Source: Candidatus Iainarchaeum sp.
Lineage (GTDB): Archaea; Micrarchaeota; Micrarchaeia; Anstonellales; Bilamarchaeaceae
Reading direction: 5' to 3'
Length of the DNA: 64,000 nucleotides
Assembly: GCA_028714535.1 (NCBI GenBank)
Contig: JAQTME010000001.1
Span: 69,955 to 133,954 of the forward strand
Shown here: piece by piece, positions 1 through 9,104 of the stretch
Layout of the letters: each line of letters opens with the position of its first letter
How positions within the stretch are numbered: the first letter of the stretch is position 1
Notes under the pieces: model-generated
Told to the model about the DNA's origin: nothing
The model's input: the letters and a program-made list of their open reading frames with translations, nothing else
The model's database searches: none
Program-made: the position numbers and the translations under genes

Positions 1-162
1 ATTTCGCAGCCCAGCGCAACCTCAACACCAGCGAACGGATGGTGCCGCAGGTGCTCGTGAACGGGAGCGTGATAACCGACAGGTTCAAAATCAATGCGAC
101 GCTCGAAGGCATAATACTCGGTTACCGGAATCCCGAGGGATAATAAATCGGAATGGCGCAGG
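1..162 (+). CDS. 3' end of an upstream gene (partial, hypothetical)
   Basis: Open frame 3 runs from the window edge to a TAA at 160-162 (…VITDRFKINATLEGIILGYRNPEG*). No domain recognised in this fragment. Confidence 0.3.
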
Positions 163-169
163 TATTGCC

Positions 170-1201
170 ATGAGGATAGTGCACCTGGAAAGGAAGACCG
201 GCGAGATGAAGGTCCAGCCGGATACGCTCGACGACCTGTGGCACCTCGAGAAGGTCATAGCGCCAGGGGACGAGGTCGAGGCGCACAGCCTCCGCACCTA
301 CAGGGTCGGCACGAAAGAGGAGAAGAAATCCGTCACCATACGCGTGAGGGCTGAGCGGGTGGAGTTCGCAAAGGATGCGAACCGGCTGCGCATCCTGGGC
401 CCGATAACATGGGGCGAGCCAGAGGAGTACATACAGCTGGGCAAGTACCATACGATAGAAATCGAGCCCGGCGAGCGGCTGAAGATAACGAAGCAATGGA
501 AGAACCACGAGATAAAGCGGCTGCAGGACGCAGAGAAGGAAAGCAAGAGGCCGCGCATACGCATAATCGTGCTTGACGAGGAGAAGGCGCTCACCGGGTT
601 CCTCAGGGCGTCTGGGGTTGACTACGGCCCTGAGTTCTACAGCTCGGGCAGCAAGAGGGACGAGAAGTACGAGAAGACGAAGCTGGAGTATTTCGGGGCC
701 CTGATGGCAGAGGTCGAGCGGCACCCTGAGAAGTACGTCATCGCAGGGCCGGGGTTCGCGAAGGACAACCTGAAGGACTTCATAGCGAAGAGGAAGCCGG
801 AGCTCCTGAAACGCATCGTGTTCGAATCGGTCAGCTATGCGGAACGGAGCGGGGTGAACGAGCTGTTCGCCAACGGCATAATCGAGCGCATAATGGGCGA
901 GGAGCGCTCCGCGAACGAGATGAAGCTGGTGGAGGAGCTGCTCACCCACGTGTACAAGGACACAGGAAAGGCGGCCTACGGCCTTGCAGAAGTGAAGAAG
1001 GCGGCCGATGCGTCCGCAATAGACCGGCTCCTTGTACTGGACGAATACCTCCGCAAGGACAAGGAGGCGGAAGCAGTTGTCGACGCCGCAGACAAGAGCA
1101 GGGCCGAGATAGTGGTCGTATCATCCGAGGGCGACGCAGGCGCGAAGCTCAAGGGGTTCGGGAAAATAGCCGCGTTCTTGAAATTCAGGCTGCGGGAGTA
1201 G
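170..1201 (+). CDS. pelA: Pelota / Dom34 mRNA surveillance factor (archaeal)
   Basis: 343-aa ORF. N-terminus MRIVH…PDTLDDLWHLEKVI and overall eRF1-like architecture are typical of archaeal Pelota. Confidence 0.85.
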   Translation: MRIVHLERKTGEMKVQPDTLDDLWHLEKVIAPGDEVEAHSLRTYRVGTKEEKKSVTIRVRAERVEFAKDANRLRILGPITWGEPEEYIQLGKYHTIEIEPGERLKITKQWKNHEIKRLQDAEKESKRPRIRIIVLDEEKALTGFLRASGVDYGPEFYSSGSKRDEKYEKTKLEYFGALMAEVERHPEKYVIAGPGFAKDNLKDFIAKRKPELLKRIVFESVSYAERSGVNELFANGIIERIMGEERSANEMKLVEELLTHVYKDTGKAAYGLAEVKKAADASAIDRLLVLDEYLRKDKEAEAVVDAADKSRAEIVVVSSEGDAGAKLKGFGKIAAFLKFRLRE

Positions 1202-2135
1202 GCGCCAGGGCAGGCGGGCTGCCGGCGATCAGCAGGTTGAAATAGAGCAGGACCTTGCGGTGGAGCGCCACATAGGCCCGCCGTGTATATACCTCGTAGC
1301 CGTTCTCCTCTATCACGCGCAGGATTTCCCTGTAGAGCGTGAATGACATGAATATGACAGTGCGCGCCTCCTTGTGTATCGTGCGCAGCCCTTCCAGCGC
1401 CTCTTCATAGTATCTCCTCGCGCGTGCCACCTGGAATTTCAGGAACCGTATCAGGTTCTCGGTCTTGCGCAGCGACAGGATGTCCTCTATGGCCAGGCCG
1501 AACCTGGCGAGCTCGTCCTTCGGGAAATACACCCTTCCCATCCTCGCGTCCTCGCCGACGTCGCGCAGTATGTTGGTGAGCTGCATGGCGATGCCGAGCT
1601 TGATTGCGTGGCGCTTCGTCAGGTGCAGGTTATCAGCGCCAAAAATATACATCAGCATGATGCCGACCACAGATGCGACATGGTAGCAGTAGCGGCGGAG
1701 CTCTGCGAAAGTGCCGTATGCCTTCCTGGATATGTCCATGCTCACGCCCTTTATGAGCTGGAGCGGGTAGCGAAGCGGTATCGAGTATTTCTTCATTACA
1801 TGGACGAACGGCGCGAGTATGGGATCGTCGGAAAAGCCACTGTCGTACGCGGCGCGCAGGCGCTTCCGCCAGTCGCGCACGAGCATTTTCTGGAGGCGTG
1901 GGTTGCCCTCGTTGTTGTCAACCAGGTCGTCGGTCTGCCTGCAGAATGCATAAACAGCGTGGAAGGCGTTGCGGCTCTCCTGCCCCATGAAGCGTGAGGC
2001 GAAGTAGAATGTCTTCGAGCCCTTCTTGATGCTTTCTTCCGCGTACCTGAAGTCTATTTTCCCACCTGATGTTTTTTCCCAGGAAAGGTTTATATCGTCA
2101 TCTGCCGTTGATTGTGCATGGCATACGAGCTCCAT
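1185..2135 (-). CDS. squalene/phytoene synthase family (head-to-head isoprenoid synthase)
   Basis: SKTFYFASRF…AFCRQTDDLVD and YCYHVASVVG…NILRDVGED match the two Asp-rich regions of the trans-IPPS head-to-head family. The longer ORF (to 2441) has an implausible N-terminal extension; start is probably ATG at 2135 (MELVCHAQ…). Confidence 0.7.
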   Translation of the reverse strand: MELVCHAQSTADDDINLSWEKTSGGKIDFRYAEESIKKGSKTFYFASRFMGQESRNAFHAVYAFCRQTDDLVDNNEGNPRLQKMLVRDWRKRLRAAYDSGFSDDPILAPFVHVMKKYSIPLRYPLQLIKGVSMDISRKAYGTFAELRRYCYHVASVVGIMLMYIFGADNLHLTKRHAIKLGIAMQLTNILRDVGEDARMGRVYFPKDELARFGLAIEDILSLRKTENLIRFLKFQVARARRYYEEALEGLRTIHKEARTVIFMSFTLYREILRVIEENGYEVYTRRAYVALHRKVLLYFNLLIAGSPPALAPTPAA

Positions 2136-2150
2136 CTGGCCCTGGTTGTG

Positions 2151-2609
2151 ATGTTGTTCCTGGCTGCGCTGCCAGTGGCTTTCGCGGATGTCGGGCCTTC
2201 GCCCCAGCCCCCCAGCGTGGTCATCCACCTCGTCAAAAATAACATGCCGGTCACCACGGTCAGTGAGATAACGTATAATTGCCTTGGGAGCACTGACGAG
2301 AACGTGAGCAACGCTGTTGCCCCGGTGCCGATAAAGCTGGCGTGCACGGCCGGGACATGCACCAACGAAAACGGCTGGTATTACAAGTTCAGCCCCTGCT
2401 TCGGCTTCCCGGGCGGCTACATCTCCTATGACCTGGGGCATGGGAAAATCAGGACCGGCGATTTCACCTACAATGAAAGCTACCAGAAATATGAGATGAC
2501 GATAGATGCTGAAAGCGGCAACATAACCAGCAGGAGCGGCTCCAGCATCCCCTCGTGCCTGCCTGCGTTCCTGCTGCTTCTGGTGCCAATCCTGCTGCGG
2601 CGTGGTTGA
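2151..2609 (+). CDS. secreted protein with N-glyc sequons and a C-terminal Cys + hydrophobic + RR sorting signal
   Basis: Signal-peptide-like N-terminus (MLFLAALPVAFA if the start is 2151; an ATG at 2112 is also possible). Sequons NES and NIT. C-terminus …PSCLPAFLLLLVPILLRRG*. Confidence 0.5.
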   Translation: MLFLAALPVAFADVGPSPQPPSVVIHLVKNNMPVTTVSEITYNCLGSTDENVSNAVAPVPIKLACTAGTCTNENGWYYKFSPCFGFPGGYISYDLGHGKIRTGDFTYNESYQKYEMTIDAESGNITSRSGSSIPSCLPAFLLLLVPILLRRG

Positions 2610-2933
2610 TTGGACTTCTTACAGGCATACTGCCTGACCCTCATCGTCGAAGGGGCGGTGCTCTTCATCCTCCTGCGCAGCAGATATGCAGCCGCCTTAA
2701 TCGCAAAGAACACATTCGTGGCAAGCACGCTCACGCTGCCGCTCGTGTGGTTCGTTTTCCCCAGGCTTGGCATGGCCTGGAGCCTGCAGGTCGCAATTTC
2801 AGAGGTGTTCGCCGTGGCGGCTGAAAGCGGCGCCTACCTCCTGCTTTTCAAGAAGCTTGGCGCAAGGGATGCCGTACTTGTCAGCGCGGCCTGCAATCTG
2901 GCCTCCTTCCTGGCAGGGATGGCAATAAGTTAG
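2610..2933 (+). CDS. small 3-TM membrane protein, hypothetical
   Basis: 107-aa ORF starting immediately after the stop of the preceding gene. Three hydrophobic segments. Confidence 0.4.
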   Translation: MDFLQAYCLTLIVEGAVLFILLRSRYAAALIAKNTFVASTLTLPLVWFVFPRLGMAWSLQVAISEVFAVAAESGAYLLLFKKLGARDAVLVSAACNLASFLAGMAIS

Positions 2934-2983
2934 CGCTTTTTCCTCAGGAAAAGGTTTATATCGCCAGTTGCCGTTAGTGGAAC

Positions 2984-3718
2984 ATGGCCCAGCCCGCTGT
3001 CCAGGTCAATGAGCTCACAAAGATAATAGACGACCGGATAGTGGTGGACAGGATATCGTTCTCGGTGGAGGAGGGCGAGCTGTTCGGCCTGCTGGGCGCC
3101 AACGGCAGCGGCAAGACCACAACGTTCAACATGCTCGCCGGCCTGCTGTCGCCGTCTTCCGGCACGGTGACGCTCCTGGGGAAAAGCATAAAGGAGATGC
3201 AGAAGAGCAAAAGGCCGGAGATAGGCTTCGTAACCCAGGAGGACTCGTTCTATGAGACGCTCACTGTGGAGGAGAACCTGAAGTTCTTCGCGGACATGTT
3301 CGGCATGCCGGGCGTGGAGAGCGATGCGGCGATACGCAAGCTCCTGAAGCAGATGAGGCTCACGGAGAAGGCAGACACCATGGCCTCGCGCCTGTCCGGA
3401 GGCATGAAGAAGCGGCTGAACATGGCGTGCGCCATAGTCCACGACCCGAAGATAATATTCCTGGACGAGCCCACGGTCGGCCTCGACCCGGTAGTGCGCA
3501 AGGAGATATGGGCCCTCATAGAGTCGCTCCATTCCGAGGGCAAGACGATAATCATAACGTCGCACTACATGGACGAGGTCGAGCGGCTGTGCCACCGCGT
3601 CGCGATCATGTACTCCGCGAGGCTGGTGGCCAGCGGAACGCCCGCAGAGCTGAAGACGAAGTACAAGCTCAAGCAGATGGAGGATGTTTTCGCCGAAGTG
3701 GCGAAGCCGGTGTCCTGA
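2984..3718 (+). CDS. ABC transporter ATP-binding protein (ABC-2/DrrA-like)
   Basis: Walker A GANGSGKTT, signature LSGGMKKRL and Walker B IIFLDEPTVGLD. Its stop overlaps the ATG of the next gene (ATGA). Confidence 0.85.
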   Translation: MAQPAVQVNELTKIIDDRIVVDRISFSVEEGELFGLLGANGSGKTTTFNMLAGLLSPSSGTVTLLGKSIKEMQKSKRPEIGFVTQEDSFYETLTVEENLKFFADMFGMPGVESDAAIRKLLKQMRLTEKADTMASRLSGGMKKRLNMACAIVHDPKIIFLDEPTVGLDPVVRKEIWALIESLHSEGKTIIITSHYMDEVERLCHRVAIMYSARLVASGTPAELKTKYKLKQMEDVFAEVAKPVS

Positions 3719-5691
3719 TGAAATTCCTTTCTGCCATGCGCAAGGAGCTGCTGGAAATCATGCACGACCGCACCATGCTGGCAGTGCTTGTCATATTCCC
3801 GATTTTCATAATGGCATTCATGGGAAGCTCGTTCCGTTCCATGGAGATAGTCGGCCTGCCCATCGGCGTGGCGGGGGCGGCCAACACCACGTTCGCGGCC
3901 GCGCTTTTCAGCAGCATAAACGAATCGCACGCCTTCAACCTCCAGGGCTTCCCGTCAGAAGCCGAGGCCCTGGACGCGTTCAGGAACGGCCGGCTGAGGG
4001 CGGTCATAGTCGTCCCGCCGGATTTCGATGCGAACATCAGGCGGGGCAGCGGCTCCGAGGTGCGCGTGCTGGTTGACAATTCAGACCTGGCGCTGGAGCA
4101 GGCGATGCTCGCGGCGATGTCGTCTGTCATCGAGGCATCTTCCGTGAACATAACCAAGGGATACGTCTATTCCGCGTGGGAGGACCTGAAGGGCCTCAAC
4201 GCCTCAGCGGCTTCGCTCAGCGAGCAGATAACCGCCACGAAAAGCCGAATGGAAGAGACTAAGACGAGCCTCGCGGCCGTGCGCGGAAGGATAAATGAGC
4301 TGAGCGTATCCACACTGGAGGAGACGCTGGGCAATGCGTCCAGCGACGTAACAGGCATGCGCCAGGTGCTCCTGCAGCAGAAGGGGGCCCTGGCAAACAT
4401 CTCCACGAGCAGCGGTGAGCTTTTCAGCCAGAGCGATGCGTTCCTCGCCAACGCCACCGGCGCGATTAACCAGTCCATAGCAAGCGTTGACGATACGCAC
4501 TCGAAACTGGCATCGCAGGTGGCAGGCCTGAACAACAGCCTGCACACGCTTGACGCGTCAATAGCCGGCCTTGAGCTTATAAAGAACGCCACGCCGGACA
4601 ACCTGACGAAGGCGGCCCTGGACCTCAACCTGGCCGGCCTGCGCAGCCTCAGGAACGACACCGCGGTGCAGATGGCGAATGCCCAGGACGAGATGGCGTC
4701 GTTAAGGGAGCTGAACGCCACGCTGCAGAACACGTCCGCGTCCCTTGCCGATTACGCAGCATCCGTATCGGCCGCGAAAAATGACGCCGCATCGCTGGAT
4801 GATATGGAAACCGCGCTGAACAACGCGGCCGGGGCCCTGGACAGCCTCAACACATCGTTCAGCGGCGCGCGGGCGCAGGTGAGGGAGCTGAAGGCCCTGC
4901 TGGCGGACATAAACTCCACCAGCGCGCAGATAGAGGGGACGCTGGATGCCGCGCTGGCGCAGGCATCTTCGGTCGAAACCCTGATAGCGTCGCTGGAAGG
5001 CACCGTCGCTGAGCAGACCGGCAAGGATCCGGCCCTGATAGCGTCGCCGCTTTCGGTGAAGGTGGAGGGCCAGTATGCACGGCAGAGCTTCGTGGACTTC
5101 ATCATGCCGCAGGTGATATCGGTCTCCCTGCTGTTCTCCTGCTTCCTGCTCGGCTCTGTGAGCCTGGTGCGGGAAAGGACCAGAAAGACGATAATACGCG
5201 CGCTGCTGGCGCCCGACGGCTTCGTAAACCTTGTGGCCGGGAAGATAGCCACGCTGATGCTCCTTTCGTTCGGGCAGATAGCCCTGATACTGGTGGTGGC
5301 GTCGCTCGTGTTCGGGGTGAGGGTGCCGAACGACTGGGCGCTGCTCATGTGGGGCACGGCAATATCGTCCCTTGTGCTCTCCTCAATCGGCGTGCTCATA
5401 GGCTTTTATGCGAGGAGCGAATCGTCTGCCATCCAGGGCTGCCTCCTCATCGCCATACCCATGCTTTTCCTCGGCAACATCGTGTTCTCCCCGGACCTGC
5501 TTCCGGCGTATACGCAGGTGCTGCAGCAGGCCCTTCCGCTCGCGCACGTGACCAGCATATTCAAGGTCGTGCTGGTAACAGGAGGCAACCCGGCAGCGGA
5601 CGTGATGGCGCTCCTGTCCTATTTCATCCTGCTGATGGTATTGCTCGCCTACGTCCTTGTGAAGAGGCGTGACATAAGCAACTACACATAA
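3718..5691 (+). CDS. ABC-2 family permease with a large extracytoplasmic coiled-coil domain (YhgE/Pip-like)
   Basis: One N-terminal TM helix, a roughly 400-aa Ala/Leu/Ser-rich predicted coiled-coil region with N-x-S/T sequons, then five or six C-terminal TM helices. Translationally coupled to the ATPase. The ORF track's 3427 start overlaps the ATPase in another frame and is rejected. Confidence 0.7.
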   Translation: MKFLSAMRKELLEIMHDRTMLAVLVIFPIFIMAFMGSSFRSMEIVGLPIGVAGAANTTFAAALFSSINESHAFNLQGFPSEAEALDAFRNGRLRAVIVVPPDFDANIRRGSGSEVRVLVDNSDLALEQAMLAAMSSVIEASSVNITKGYVYSAWEDLKGLNASAASLSEQITATKSRMEETKTSLAAVRGRINELSVSTLEETLGNASSDVTGMRQVLLQQKGALANISTSSGELFSQSDAFLANATGAINQSIASVDDTHSKLASQVAGLNNSLHTLDASIAGLELIKNATPDNLTKAALDLNLAGLRSLRNDTAVQMANAQDEMASLRELNATLQNTSASLADYAASVSAAKNDAASLDDMETALNNAAGALDSLNTSFSGARAQVRELKALLADINSTSAQIEGTLDAALAQASSVETLIASLEGTVAEQTGKDPALIASPLSVKVEGQYARQSFVDFIMPQVISVSLLFSCFLLGSVSLVRERTRKTIIRALLAPDGFVNLVAGKIATLMLLSFGQIALILVVASLVFGVRVPNDWALLMWGTAISSLVLSSIGVLIGFYARSESSAIQGCLLIAIPMLFLGNIVFSPDLLPAYTQVLQQALPLAHVTSIFKVVLVTGGNPAADVMALLSYFILLMVLLAYVLVKRRDISNYT

Positions 5692-5739
5692 TCAGCCGCA
5701 AGAGCAAGTGTTTTATCCTTTTCATGCCCTTATCCCGCC

Positions 5740-6882
5740 ATGCAGGACTTCACGGTCACCCCATGGGAAGTGAGCGGCGACATAGACTATGACAGGCTTG
5801 TCAGGCAGTTCGGCACCAGCAGGATAGACGACAACCTCCGCAGCCGGATGAAGGCCGCATGCGGCGAGTTCCACCCGATGCTCAGGCGCGACTTCGTGTT
5901 CTCGCACCGCGACCTCAACCTGGTCCTGGACGACCACGAGAAGGGGAAGGGGTTCTTCCTCTACACCGGCCGCGGGCCGAGCAAGGGCATGCACATAGGG
6001 CACCTGGTCCCGCTCATCTTCACGAAATGGCTGCAGGAGAAATTCAAGGTCAACCTGTACATCGAGATAACCGATGACGAGAAGTTCCTCTACCGGCGCG
6101 AATACTCATGGAAGGACATCGGCGAGAGCGCGCACGACAACATCCTGGACATAGCCGCGGTGGGGTTCGACCCGCAGCGGACATTCATATTCAGGGACAG
6201 CGAATACGTGAAGAACGTCTATCCGCTGCTGCTGAGGACGGCGAGGAAGATAACCGGCTCGACCGTGAAGGCGGTGTTTGGATTTGATGATTCGACCAAC
6301 ATCGGGCTCTCGTTCTACCCGGCATACCAGGTCATACCCTCGTTCTTCGAGAAGAAGCGGTGCCTGATACCCTGCGCCATAGATCAGGACCCCTATTGGC
6401 GTGTGCAGAGGGACGTGGCCGAAGGGCTTGGGTTCCACAAGACCGCCGCCATACATACGAAATTCCTCCCCCCGCTGCAGGGCGTGAGCGGCAAGATGAG
6501 CTCGTCCGCAGGCCAGGAAACGGCGATATTGCTGACGGACGACGAGAAGGCGGTGAAGAACAAGATAAACAGGTACGCGTTCTCGGGCGGCAGGGCGACC
6601 ATTGAGGAGCACAGGAGGCTCGGCGGCAATCCGGACATAGACGTGCCCTACCAATGGATGAAGATACTTTTCGAGCCTGATGATAAGAAGCTGAGAACGG
6701 TGCACGACGACTACCTCGCGGGCAGGCTGCTCACAGGCGAGCTGAAGGCCATGCTCATAGACCGCATAAACTCGTTCCTCAAGGGCCACAGGGAGAAAAA
6801 GAAGAAGGCGGAGAAGGAAATCGAATCCTTCATGTACAAGGGAAAGCTCGCGAAGGAGATGTGGAGCCGCACCTACGAGTGA
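5740..6882 (+). CDS. trpS: tryptophanyl-tRNA synthetase
   Basis: 380 aa. Class I HIGH-like motif (TGRGPSKGMHIGH) and KMSKS-like motif (KMSSS). Confidence 0.85.
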   Translation: MQDFTVTPWEVSGDIDYDRLVRQFGTSRIDDNLRSRMKAACGEFHPMLRRDFVFSHRDLNLVLDDHEKGKGFFLYTGRGPSKGMHIGHLVPLIFTKWLQEKFKVNLYIEITDDEKFLYRREYSWKDIGESAHDNILDIAAVGFDPQRTFIFRDSEYVKNVYPLLLRTARKITGSTVKAVFGFDDSTNIGLSFYPAYQVIPSFFEKKRCLIPCAIDQDPYWRVQRDVAEGLGFHKTAAIHTKFLPPLQGVSGKMSSSAGQETAILLTDDEKAVKNKINRYAFSGGRATIEEHRRLGGNPDIDVPYQWMKILFEPDDKKLRTVHDDYLAGRLLTGELKAMLIDRINSFLKGHREKKKKAEKEIESFMYKGKLAKEMWSRTYE

Positions 6883-7529
6883 TGAGCCTTGAGATGGCTG
6901 CCGGGGGGCTGCAACAGCGCTTCTATGGCCTCAAAGAGGAGTGGTTTGCTCTCTTTCGTGAGGCTGGCGTAAAATGAAGCCACCTTGCCCCAGCGGATGC
7001 TGCCCATCACATCATTTACCTTGGCGAATCCGCCGTATGCCAGGACGCGGGTCGCGTTGGCCGGCGCGTATGCATGGAAATACTTGACCCCTTCATCTAT
7101 TTTGTCGATCAGGGCTGCCAGCGTAAGCAGGCTTCCGATTTTCCTGCACCTGAACTCCTCTGCCACCACCAGGTCAAGGACCTCTGCGGCTGGCGGCTTG
7201 TGCACGGTGATGTGCTCGGCAGAAAGCTTGAACAGTTTGACTTCTTTTACTATCCCTGCTGCCGCGGGGAACCTCCTGATGCCGACCAGGCCGGCCACCT
7301 GGCCAGCTACTTCGGCTACCTCGTAGTTGCGCTTATGCGCTGTTTTTTGAATGTTGCCAAAGCGGTAGGCCGCCAGCTCCCTCTCATAAAGCTGGGTTGC
7401 AATCTCCGGAAGCGGTGAGGGCACCTTGAAACTTTTGTTGAGAAGCGTACTGCAGCTGGCGGCGTCCCTGGGCTCGAATTTCCTTAACGTCACTGTTACG
7501 CCCGTCTTAAGCCTGAATTCTCTCACCAT
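6873..7529 (-). CDS. GNAT family N-acetyltransferase
   Basis: C-terminal 218 aa of the listed ORF (start MVREFRLK… at 7529). Acetyl-CoA-binding motif RCRKIGSLLTLAAL. The upstream 100 codons of the ORF look non-coding. Confidence 0.5.
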   Translation of the reverse strand: MVREFRLKTGVTVTLRKFEPRDAASCSTLLNKSFKVPSPLPEIATQLYERELAAYRFGNIQKTAHKRNYEVAEVAGQVAGLVGIRRFPAAAGIVKEVKLFKLSAEHITVHKPPAAEVLDLVVAEEFRCRKIGSLLTLAALIDKIDEGVKYFHAYAPANATRVLAYGGFAKVNDVMGSIRWGKVASFYASLTKESKPLLFEAIEALLQPPGSHLKAHHS

Positions 7530-7592
7530 TGGATGCACCTCAAGTAATGTTATGCTAAATAAGAATATGTGGGCGTATGATTTTAAATACCT

Positions 7593-8051
7593 GTGATGGG
7601 AAGGGAGGGCATGCGAACGAGGAAAATGAAGACCGGGACTCCGATGCCGAAGGCATTGGCATGCGGCATGCTGGAAGACGAAGGCCGCGCATTGTTCCTG
7701 GTGCGCAGGGACGAACATGGAACGGAGCGCATCGAATTGCCCTGCGTGCTCGTGCCCTCGGGGCGGAGCCCGTTCGCAGAGATAAAGGCCGAATTCGCCC
7801 GCCAGACAGGGATAGACGGGCAGGTGCACGAGATAATACTTGAGGGCAGGTACAACGCCGGCACAAGGAAGAGGAAAATCTGGGTTCCGTGCCTTGTTTT
7901 CCAGGTTACGGCACGCGAGAGGCGCGCGAAACCATCCGGGGGATTCTCAGGTTTCAGATGGCTTCCGCTCGAAGAGGCGAAAAAACAGAGATTGGGGCGC
8001 AATGCCGAATGGCTCCTGCGCAGTCATGCCAGCCTGAACTTGAAGCCGTAG
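7593..8051 (+). CDS. NUDIX-fold protein with a degenerate Nudix box
   Basis: Gx5Ex7-like segment SGRSPFAEIKAEFARQTGIDG at the expected position. The REUXEE residues are not conserved. Confidence 0.4.
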   Translation: MMGREGMRTRKMKTGTPMPKALACGMLEDEGRALFLVRRDEHGTERIELPCVLVPSGRSPFAEIKAEFARQTGIDGQVHEIILEGRYNAGTRKRKIWVPCLVFQVTARERRAKPSGGFSGFRWLPLEEAKKQRLGRNAEWLLRSHASLNLKP

Positions 8052-8431
8052 TGGATGAGCCCCTCCGGGTCGTCCTTCTGTATCATCCTGAAGACCTGCT
8101 CCACGCGGGTGCCGATTTTCACGTCCTTCTTGTGCGCGTCCACTATCTGCGCGGTGAGCTTGGCGCCTTCGTCCAGCTCAACGATGGCCAGGAGGTAAGG
8201 CACCTGGTCCTCGAAGCCCTCGGGCGGCGCTGTCACCTCGGTGAACGAGTAGACCTTCCCCTTGCCGGAATACTTGAACTCCACGAGCTTGCCCTTGCGC
8301 CTGCATTTCGGGCAGATGGAGCGTTTCGGGAAGTAGTGCTTGCCGCACGTTTCGCATTTGACGCCCAGCAGCCTGTACCTTTCCGGGATCCTTCTCCATG
8401 TGAGCGGTATCGATTCCTTCATGTGCATCAC
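8024..8431 (-). CDS. DUF35-type Zn-ribbon/OB-fold protein (thiolase/HMG-CoA synthase partner family)
   Basis: CETCGK…CPKCRRKG zinc ribbon followed by an OB-fold region. This is the family normally encoded beside archaeal thiolase/HMGCS. Confidence 0.7.
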   Translation of the reverse strand: MMHMKESIPLTWRRIPERYRLLGVKCETCGKHYFPKRSICPKCRRKGKLVEFKYSGKGKVYSFTEVTAPPEGFEDQVPYLLAIVELDEGAKLTAQIVDAHKKDVKIGTRVEQVFRMIQKDDPEGLIHYGFKFRLA

Positions 8432-9072
8432 TTCCTGGTCTTGGCGTAATCTTCCTTGAACTTTGCTATGCCCTTGTCAGTGAGCTGGTGTTTGAACATG
8501 TCGTCGAACACCGCGGCCGGGACAGTGGCTATATGCGCGCCGAGCTTCGCGGCCTCGACGACGTGCTTGACAGAGCGGACCGAGGCCACGATGACTTCTG
8601 TCTTGTACCCGTAGGCGCAGAATATCTGCATTATCTCGGCCACCAGCTTCATGCCGTCCTCTGAGATGTCGTCGAGCCGGCCCACGAACGGGGAGACGTA
8701 GGCCGCGCCTGCCTTTGCAGCGAGCAGCGCCTGCGCAGGCGAGAAAACCAGCGTCACGTTGGTCTTTATGCCCTTGCCGCTGAGGACGCGGACGGCCTTC
8801 ATGCCCTCCTTTGTCATCGGGATTTTCACGACCACGTTGGGCGCCCATTTGGCGAACTCAACGCCCTCGCCCACCATGCCATCGACGGTGTCGGCGATGC
8901 CCTCCACGCTTATGGGCCCCTTGACGATTTTGGCTATCTCCTGTATGACCGTCCTGTGGTCGCGGCCCTCCTTCATTATGAGGGTGGGGTTGGTCGTCAC
9001 GCCGTCGCACAGGCCCAGCTCCACGGCCCTCTTTATCTGCTCGACATTGGCAGTGTCCATGAAGAATTTCAT
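8428..9072 (-). CDS. transaldolase / fructose-6-phosphate aldolase (short, MipB/TalC type)
   Basis: 214 aa. [14 protein letters not shown]…GVTTNP and a Schiff-base Lys region VKIPMT. Confidence 0.85.
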   Translation of the reverse strand: MKFFMDTANVEQIKRAVELGLCDGVTTNPTLIMKEGRDHRTVIQEIAKIVKGPISVEGIADTVDGMVGEGVEFAKWAPNVVVKIPMTKEGMKAVRVLSGKGIKTNVTLVFSPAQALLAAKAGAAYVSPFVGRLDDISEDGMKLVAEIMQIFCAYGYKTEVIVASVRSVKHVVEAAKLGAHIATVPAAVFDDMFKHQLTDKGIAKFKEDYAKTRK

Positions 9073-9104
9073 AAGGAGATATCTATCCTGAAGGTTTTAA
9101 GCGA

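Noticed and set aside
122-949. 275-aa minus-strand ORF overlapping pelota
   Set aside because: Arg/Leu/Pro-rich low-complexity translation typical of the antisense frame of a GC-rich gene. The pelota reading on the + strand is clearly the real gene.
3427-3717. N-terminal extension of the permease ORF (start 3427) overlapping the ABC ATPase gene
   Set aside because: The extension is Arg/Gly/Pro-rich and overlaps a well-supported ATPase in another frame. The ATG at 3718 forms the classic ATGA stop-start overlap.
6106-6789. 227-aa minus-strand ORF inside trpS
   Set aside because: Antisense shadow ORF with biased Arg/Val/Leu composition and no start context. trpS is well supported.
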